Positions 55,946 through 64,000 of a DNA stretch of 64,000 nucleotides are shown here, in pieces; the stretch's first letter is position 1, and every line of letters begins with the position of its first letter. The notes beneath the pieces were generated by a model. The model made no database searches. It had not been told where the DNA came from and was given only the letters and a program-made list of their open reading frames with translations. The position numbers were made by a program, and so were the translations under genes. Source of the stretch: the human T2T-CHM13v2.0 reference genome, Homo sapiens; NCBI RefSeq assembly GCF_009914755.1, contig NC_060937.1; one strand, given 5' to 3'.

Positions 55946-57169
55946 GATTTTTGCTTCCTACCTTGTCCTCACGTGTCTGATACGTGTGTGCATTCCTTGA
56001 GGAAAATTTCTTTAATTAAAATTTTAATTGAGATAACTTGTGTCAGACTCACATGCAGTTTTAAGAACTAATACAGATAGATCCCATGTACCCTTTGCCC
56101 AGCTTCCCCCCAATGGTAGCATCTTGCAAAACTATAGCACAGTATCACAGCCAGGATATTGACATTAATATACTCTATCAATCTTACTCAGATTTTGCCA
56201 GTTTTACTTGTACTGTATAAATTCCTTTGGCAAGAAAATTATTATGGAAAGACATTTTTGAAGCATCTTAATGCTTCCTTAGTTAAAAGACATTTTAACT
56301 TTTTCTTTGTGAAACTGACAATTTCATGAGTACTGTCAGCATAGTACTGACATACATAGTTGTATTGAAATTTAGTAGTATTGTATTCTTCCCTCTATTT
56401 TCCAAAAATATTTGTATTTTCTCCCCTGGCTTAACAACACCATATCTTTAAATTTTCTTCTGCTGTTACAAGTAAGACAACTTATAACTGCCAACCACAG
56501 TTGAATGTTTGGCATATACCTTCCAGATTTTTTTCTATGTATATTCTAAAATAACTTGTCTTACAAGATTGGGCCCTTTTACACATGTTAAAGGAAATCA
56601 AGTGGGTTTTCATTATTAGTGTATACAAACACACCCATACATATTCTTTTGCTGAACTATTTGAAAGGAAGTTGCAGTCATCGTGACACTTTACTGTTAA
56701 ATTATACCCCTAAATAATTCAGCATCCGTTTCCAAAGAATAGGGACATTCTCCTACATAACCCAACACCATTATCACACCTAAAAAAGAAATTCAGTAGT
56801 ATCTAATATGAAGTCCATATTTCAGCTTCCCTAATTGTTCCCCCAAAATGTTTCATAGCTTTTCTTTATCCTGGGTTCAACATTTTACTTGGTTGTCATG
56901 TCTCTTTACTTCCTTTTAGCTTAGACAACTACTCTTAAGAGTTTTCATATACTTATTTTCTTGACATTGACTTTTTTTTTTTTAAAGGAAGAGTCTAAGG
57001 CCAGCTGTCTTATAGAATGAATCACAGTCCAGATGGTCCTGTTTCCCATTAGTAAATTCAGAAACCCTAACATTGCAGGATATACCTTCTCATATACATG
57101 GAGCAGTTGCCAAGATAGATGTGCTGGGCCATAAGAAAACAAAACCAAAAAACCCAAGTATGACCTGCA

Positions 57170-57390
57170 GCAGTGGCAACCCCTGCCCTGCCCCCAGCCC
57201 CGGATGTACGGCAGTATCTGAAGACATTTTGGTTGTGACTGGTGTGTGTGTGTGTTAGGGGTGGGGTATTACTGGCTTCTAGTGCGTGGAGACCAGGGAT
57301 GCTGCTGAACATCCTACAGCACTGGATAGTCCCGACCACAAAGAATCATCCAGCTCTAAATGTCAGTGGAGCAGAGGTGGTGAAACCCTG
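57170..57390 (+). mobile_element. MER20 (hAT-Charlie)
   Basis: gacattttggttgtgactgg; ccagggatgctgctgaacatcctaca; ends gaaaccctg. Confidence 0.85.
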
Positions 57391-58189
57391 CTATATAGAA
57401 TAGCGAGTCCCAGTCCCCAGCACTTGCTGTTCCCCTCACCTGCATTAGTTGTCTTTGTACCTGACACATGATGTATTTTGCTTGTTTGTTTTTTGTCTTC
57501 CCCACCAACCCAGATCACAAACTCCTTGGGAAAGGAACTTTGTTTTGTTCATACGCAGCACCTAGAACAGTGTCTGCAGAAGATGCTCTATAAGTGTTGT
57601 GTGACTTTGTTGTCCAAGTCATGCAGCCTTCCCCACATCATCCCATTACTACTAAGTCCTGTGCATTTTCTATCCCAGACAGCTGTTTAATTTTTTCCCT
57701 CTGTTTTTCCAATACCATCGCCCTGGCTAGGGATGACTTGTGTGTTGCTGAGATCCACTTGGGAGCTTCTGTCTTTGATGTGTGGTAAGGACAGGGGTTT
57801 CTGTGTACCCTGAGCATAGGTGTGGAACTAACCAGGCACTCAAACTTTGTGGCTATATAAAGGGATGCTACCACAGTAGTCATTTATGGCTCATTACCTT
57901 GCAACAAAGGAACTGTTGTTGTGTGTTAGCCGGTGACAGCATTCACCAGCAAGGTGTGACTGTCAGGCCAAGGAAGTGACATGTAGCACCCTGCCTGTGA
58001 CAGCCTGATTGTCCTAGTCCCAGCTCAGCTGCACAGGTGATGGTTTGGGGGTGAGGACAAAGCATTAAGTGGAGGTTGGTGGCAGACAGTGGGAGAGCCT
58101 CAGGGAGAAGGGCCATGAAGGCAGCACTTGGGTGTCACTGTTCACAGTAGAGAATGGCTAATTGCTAGAGGAAGGGTCCTCTCCCCTCT

Positions 58190-58838
<649 letters not shown>

Positions 58839-59495
58839 GGCCTGGGGTTTTCTATACTGTCTTGGTTGACGCTGGAGCTCAGGTCATTCTGGGAAGTTTG
58901 CAGGTGTCCTGAGATTGTATAAAATCATCCCCTGGGGGCTGCCCAGCCCAAATCTCCTATTTTTAGAAACAGCTGCCCCTACTCATGCTCTGGGATCAGC
59001 TGGGAGCCATTTACAAGACGTAATCCCACCTGCTCTTACTGCACTGGATTGGACCAAGGGTGGTCTCCTGATTTAATCAAGGCCAACTGCAGAGACCACT
59101 GGGGTGTTTTTGAGAGTGATTGGGAGACAAAGCCATGTGACCTGAGATGCGTAGAAAACGTCTCTTGGACAAGATGAGTGTTGAAGACTGAGAGGCAGAA
59201 AGATGGGGTCTGCAGCTTCTCCGCTCCAATCATTTCCGAGACCCATTGCATCTTCAGTTCGGGTCAGTGTTCTTCTCTCCAGATGACACATTTCCCCCTT
59301 TTGTTTTAGCAATTCAAGTTGGTAACTGTTACCAGTGACCCCAAGTGTCCCACCCAGTTCCTGGGAGGAGCTGGCATGTGGGTCCTTTCAGGCTCTCAGT
59401 CACCTACGGGTTTCGGGGACTGGATTTGGGCCGATGTGGGTTTGCCATCTGGGTTTCCCTCTGGCTTGGCAGGGGTGGACGAGGTGTAATGAGGT

Positions 59496-59597
59496 CAGGG
59501 TTGGAGAGAGCCTCTGGGGCTGTGCAGGAAGCGTGTGGGATCCAGGCAGGGTTGGAGAGAGCCTCTGGGGCCGTGCAGGAAGCGTGGGGGATCCAGG
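59496..59597. repeat. 51-bp tandem duplication (2 mismatches)
   Basis: CAGGGTTGGAGAGAGCCTCTGGGGCYGTGCAGGAAGCGTGKGGGATCCAGG x2. Confidence 0.95.
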
Positions 59598-60299
59598 CAC
59601 TGGGCCACACGTAGCCTCCCCTCTCTCAGCCTCAGGAGGAGGCGCTGTGTTCTGGGGTGGTGCCCAGAGGCTCCAACACCAGGAGGAGTGGCTGGACCCC
59701 CACAAGGCTGATGCATGATTTGTGCCAAGTCAGCAGAAGCTGACTGGCCGGGACTGGCCTCCAGAGCTCCCTGGAGTGGGGTGGAGGTGGGTAGGGGCCA
59801 TGCAACAAGGTAGGATAAGGGCAGTAGCACCTGGAGTGGCCTTGAGTCTTTGAGATACCCTGGAGTGGTGGTGGTGGCAGGGTCATAAACATACTCATAT
59901 TATCACCACAGTGATATCACTTTGTAGTCGAGTAGGCTGGAATACCAGTCTTTACCATCACATACTGGTGTGTGATCCTGGGCGAGTCCTTTAACCTCTC
60001 TGCATCCCAGTGTCCTTGAGAAAATACTGCCCACATCCTGGAGCCACACGAGCTACAGCTTGCACAGTGCTCACAACAGGGCCCGCCTGGTTCGTGCGCA
60101 GTCTCAGTAACAATAGGGAGCATCATGAAGAGAAAGGCCTGAGGAAGCTGAAGGGGCTGTGCCTTCGCAGCCCAAGGAAGTGCAGACACTCAGCCTACCC
60201 GATTGTCTCACAGACCCTTCCCAGGAGCTGCCCAGACGTGAAGGAAGGGCCAAGCTGACAGTAATTGGAGTGACGCTGAGTGGCTCCTATGGGCCAGAC

Positions 60300-60470
60300 C
60301 CTGTTCTAGGGACTGTACGTGCATTATCTAATTTAATACTCCCAACTCTGTGGTGATCGTTGCTATTTTTAGGCCCATTTTACAGATGAGGAAACTGAGG
60401 TATAAAAGTACTTGCCCAAGATCACACAGCCAACAAAAGACAGAGCTTGGCTGTGAGCACAGTCGTTGTC
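60300..60470 (-). mobile_element. MIR
   Basis: Core cccattttacagatgaggaaactgagg ... cttgcccaagatcacacagc. Confidence 0.85.
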
Positions 60471-60647
60471 CTGAGTCAAGGCCCGTACTGAAAGCCACAA
60501 AAGAACTGAGTGAGTGACCGTAGAAGCAGGCAGGACAGGCATTGACATGTCACTGAAACGACAACTTGCTTCCGTGCTGTTGGGTCAGGGCTGTCAAGCC
60601 TTTTCTGTGCTCAGCCACAGACTCTGTTAGCCCTTCTGCCAAAAATG

Positions 60648-60653
60648 TTTACT
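60648..60653 (-). terminator. Variant poly(A) signal AGTAAA for the minus-strand gene
   Basis: tttact on + equals AGTAAA on -, about 140 nt downstream of the TAA; no canonical AATAAA seen nearer. Confidence 0.5.
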
Positions 60654-60794
60654 TCAAATCAAGGAGCCACGACAGGTCCCAAATTACAAACCAACTCTCA
60701 TAAAAGGTCAACAGGTCTTTGGGTTTTTTTTCCCTGGAGCTCCCAAGGTCTCCAACTTCCTAAGGCATTTGGTGGATGCCAGATAAGCCCCGCC

Positions 60795-61145
<351 letters not shown>

Positions 61146-62640
61146 TCAGCCCTGCCACCTGCCACCTTCCTGCTGCTTCCAAATACGCTCACTTGGCTGG
61201 TGTTGCAGTCAGGTGGACCATGGTGATGTGGGCTGAGGCCACACCCATGCCTGGCCCTAAACCGGAGGGAAAGCAGTTCTGGTGCCCTGGCGCGGCCTGC
61301 CCTCCAAAGGCGGTGCTTTCCTGCGGCTGCCGGGCTTCTCCCCATGGGGTCCCGACCATGGGGCCCTGCAAGAGCTGGGATGCCTCACAGTGGCTACCCG
61401 TGAGCCCCGCCTCCACCTTGGGCTCCTTGGGAGTGTATCTGGGTTTTGTTGAGATGAAGGCCTGGCCCAGGGAGGCCGCCTCTATGCCAAGTTCTGCCTG
61501 GGTCTGCAGCCTGCAGAAGACTGAGGACAGAGTCTCCTGGAGGGGATAAGATAGGACGATACCCGTGTGCTCCATTCGTATGCGTATGAAATGTCTTCAC
61601 ACAATATTGTTATTATTTTAGCCATGTAATAACCTATGTCCATATTATAGAAGACTATGGGCTCAGACCACAGGCTAGTGTCACCCAGGAAGTGGAGAGG
61701 CTGGGCATGGAGGCGCCTGTTCTTCCCTGGGCACACTACTGCCCACGTGGGCTGACCCTGTGCCAGGCTCTGTCTCATTTCTTTGGCTCTGATTAGTTAC
61801 ACTGGTGCTGATTTGCTTCATTTGGGACATGCCCTGCACAGGCACAGCTGCCCCTCCCCGGGACTCTAGCTCTCCAAGGCGTCAGGCCCCCTGGTCTCTC
61901 TGCCCACAGCAGCCCTTCCTGCAGCCTCGCTGGGCACCTCCTTCCTGTCCCTGCCCTCCTCCCTCCGCCATTCAAAGGCCGGTGCCCCAGGCCCTCATGC
62001 TGTCCAGCCCCAGCTGGTCCCGCCACTCGGGCTTGGTAGTGCTGGCCTCCTCTTCACTGGATTGGCTGCTCTGAGAAATCCAGGATAGGCAAGGATGCTG
62101 GGATGTCATTATTCACCTGCAAAATAGGAGGCCTTCCCAGGCAAGGGAACCTAGGGGGGTCAGCAGGCCAGGCCTGTGTGGAAATTTCCCAGTTTTAGCA
62201 GTGAAAGTCCCATGTCCCAGGAAACTCCTCAGTCCTGAGCAAACCGACGTGTCTGGCCACCCTAAACCTAGCACACTCCCTCCTCTCTTCTCAGATACTC
62301 TGCACACAGCTGCATCTATTCTGCTGGAGTCTGCTATTATCAGCCCACTTCTCCATCTGCCTCATTCCCAGGGGACATGTCCATCTGTCTGTCTGCCAAG
62401 GCAGTCCTGCTCCCAGGGGCCCCGGGACACCTCTCTGGTGGTGTGGGGGTCTGTAAGTGGAGCCTTCCCTGTGGAATGGGCCGGGGGAGCTGAGCAGGAA
62501 GAGAACCTTGCTTAGGCCTCACGGGGGGAGCCAAGGACACCCTCATTCCTCTCCTTAACTCTGGTCCTCAGGAAGGGTCTCAGGAGCCCACCTTCTTCCC
62601 CCACTACAGTTGGAGCTCTGGGGGTCCAGCCTCAACATTT

Positions 62641-63092
62641 TGAGTAGGTGGAACTGTGTCCCCCAAAAGTGATGTCCAAGTCCTAACCCCAGTGCTGGTG
62701 AATGTGACCTTATTTGGAAACGGGGTCTCTGTGGATATGATTAAGTTAAGGCTCTCAGGATGAGCTCCTTCTGGATTTAGGGTAGGCCCTAGATCCAACT
62801 ACTGGTGTCCTTTTAAGAAAAAAGACGAGGTTTGACACAGACACACAGAGAAGAAGGCTGTGTGAAGGTGGAGGCAGACACTGGAGTGATGCCACCACAA
62901 GCCAAGAATGCCAGAAGCCATCAGAAGTTGGGAGAGCAAGGAAGTGTCCCCCATTGGAGCCTCTGGAGGATGGTGGCCCCATGGACACCTTGATCTCAGA
63001 CTTGGCCCAGAACTGTGAGAGAGTAAAATTCTGTTGTTTCAGGACTCCTAGTTTGTGCTGATTTGTTCCAGCAGCCCTAAGAAACAAATACA
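62641..63092 (+). mobile_element. MLT1-family MaLR LTR (MLT1C-like)
   Basis: gaatgtgaccttatttggaaa; gatgccaccacaagccaagaatgcc; cagaactgtgagagagtaaaattctgttgttt; ends aaataca. Confidence 0.87.
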
Positions 63093-63309
63093 GCATTGGT
63101 CGTCTCCTGCCTGCCTGGGGAGTGTGCCTTGAACTTCCAGGGGATCATCTGTCTAGAGAAGAGTTTGTTTGAGGAGGAGGGAAGAGGACACAACAGCAGG
63201 CCTGGGGACACAGACTCCCCCTTGTTTCTGGCCCTGACTTCTGACACGGCCACTGTGAGTGTCAAGTGAGATAATGCAGGGTGACATCTGTGTTTTATTG
63301 TCAGGATCA

Positions 63310-63853
<544 letters not shown>

Positions 63854-64000
63854 TAACCTGAGCATTTCAATGTGAATTTCCTCAGATCCTAAGCTCACAG
63901 TGCTGGGGAGACACATGAATGTATTTGTGTGTACTTAAACATCAGGTAAACCAAAGTGGCCTTGTTTTTATACGGGTTGGCATATATAGAACAAGCCTGG

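Larger units (their letters stand above)
54067..55965 (+). other. COG3: COG3 3' UTR (3' end approximate)
   Basis: Repeat-poor, AU-rich stretch after the stop, ending at tandem AATAAA; L1-derived sequence resumes at about 56000. Confidence 0.8.

Noticed and set aside
63930-64000. Possible next exon of the minus-strand gene at the window edge
   Set aside because: No convincing donor or protein match; it probably lies beyond the window.

Overview
Human-type genomic DNA, rich in Alu, L1 and SVA elements. The + strand carries the last 18 coding exons of COG3 (conserved oligomeric Golgi complex subunit 3, Sec34 homolog), from 833 to the stop at 54066. I spliced these by hand at GT-AG sites: 1863 nt, 620 aa plus stop, with phase continuous across every junction. 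They are numbered exons 6-23 from my recollection of the 828-aa protein. A ~1.9-kb 3' UTR follows with several AATAAA signals. The - strand carries the terminal coding exon (61013-60795) of a convergent gene, most likely ERICH6B/FAM194B. The introns hold a full-length 2.6-kb antisense SVA with a 13-bp TSD, about 30 Alus, old L1/L2/MIR fragments, a MER41-family solo LTR, MER33 and MER82-like DNA transposons, and several tandem repeats; MER20 and an MLT1 LTR lie downstream of COG3. Most ORF-track entries are repeat-derived noise, and I see no new multi-gene system. The best leads are all hypotheses: (1) an Alu-bracketed 345-nt exon 17-19 circRNA that would form a stop-free circular ORF; (2) a cryptic in-frame cassette in intron 13 encoding a transmembrane-like helix; (3) the SVA G-rich head 125 nt upstream of exon 8, and a poison-exon-like segment inside the SVA; (4) a candidate Alu 3' transduction; (5) a fold-back repair scar; (6) a sense LTR with a mutated poly(A) signal. 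Repeat subfamily calls are from memory of consensus sequences and need RepeatMasker confirmation.
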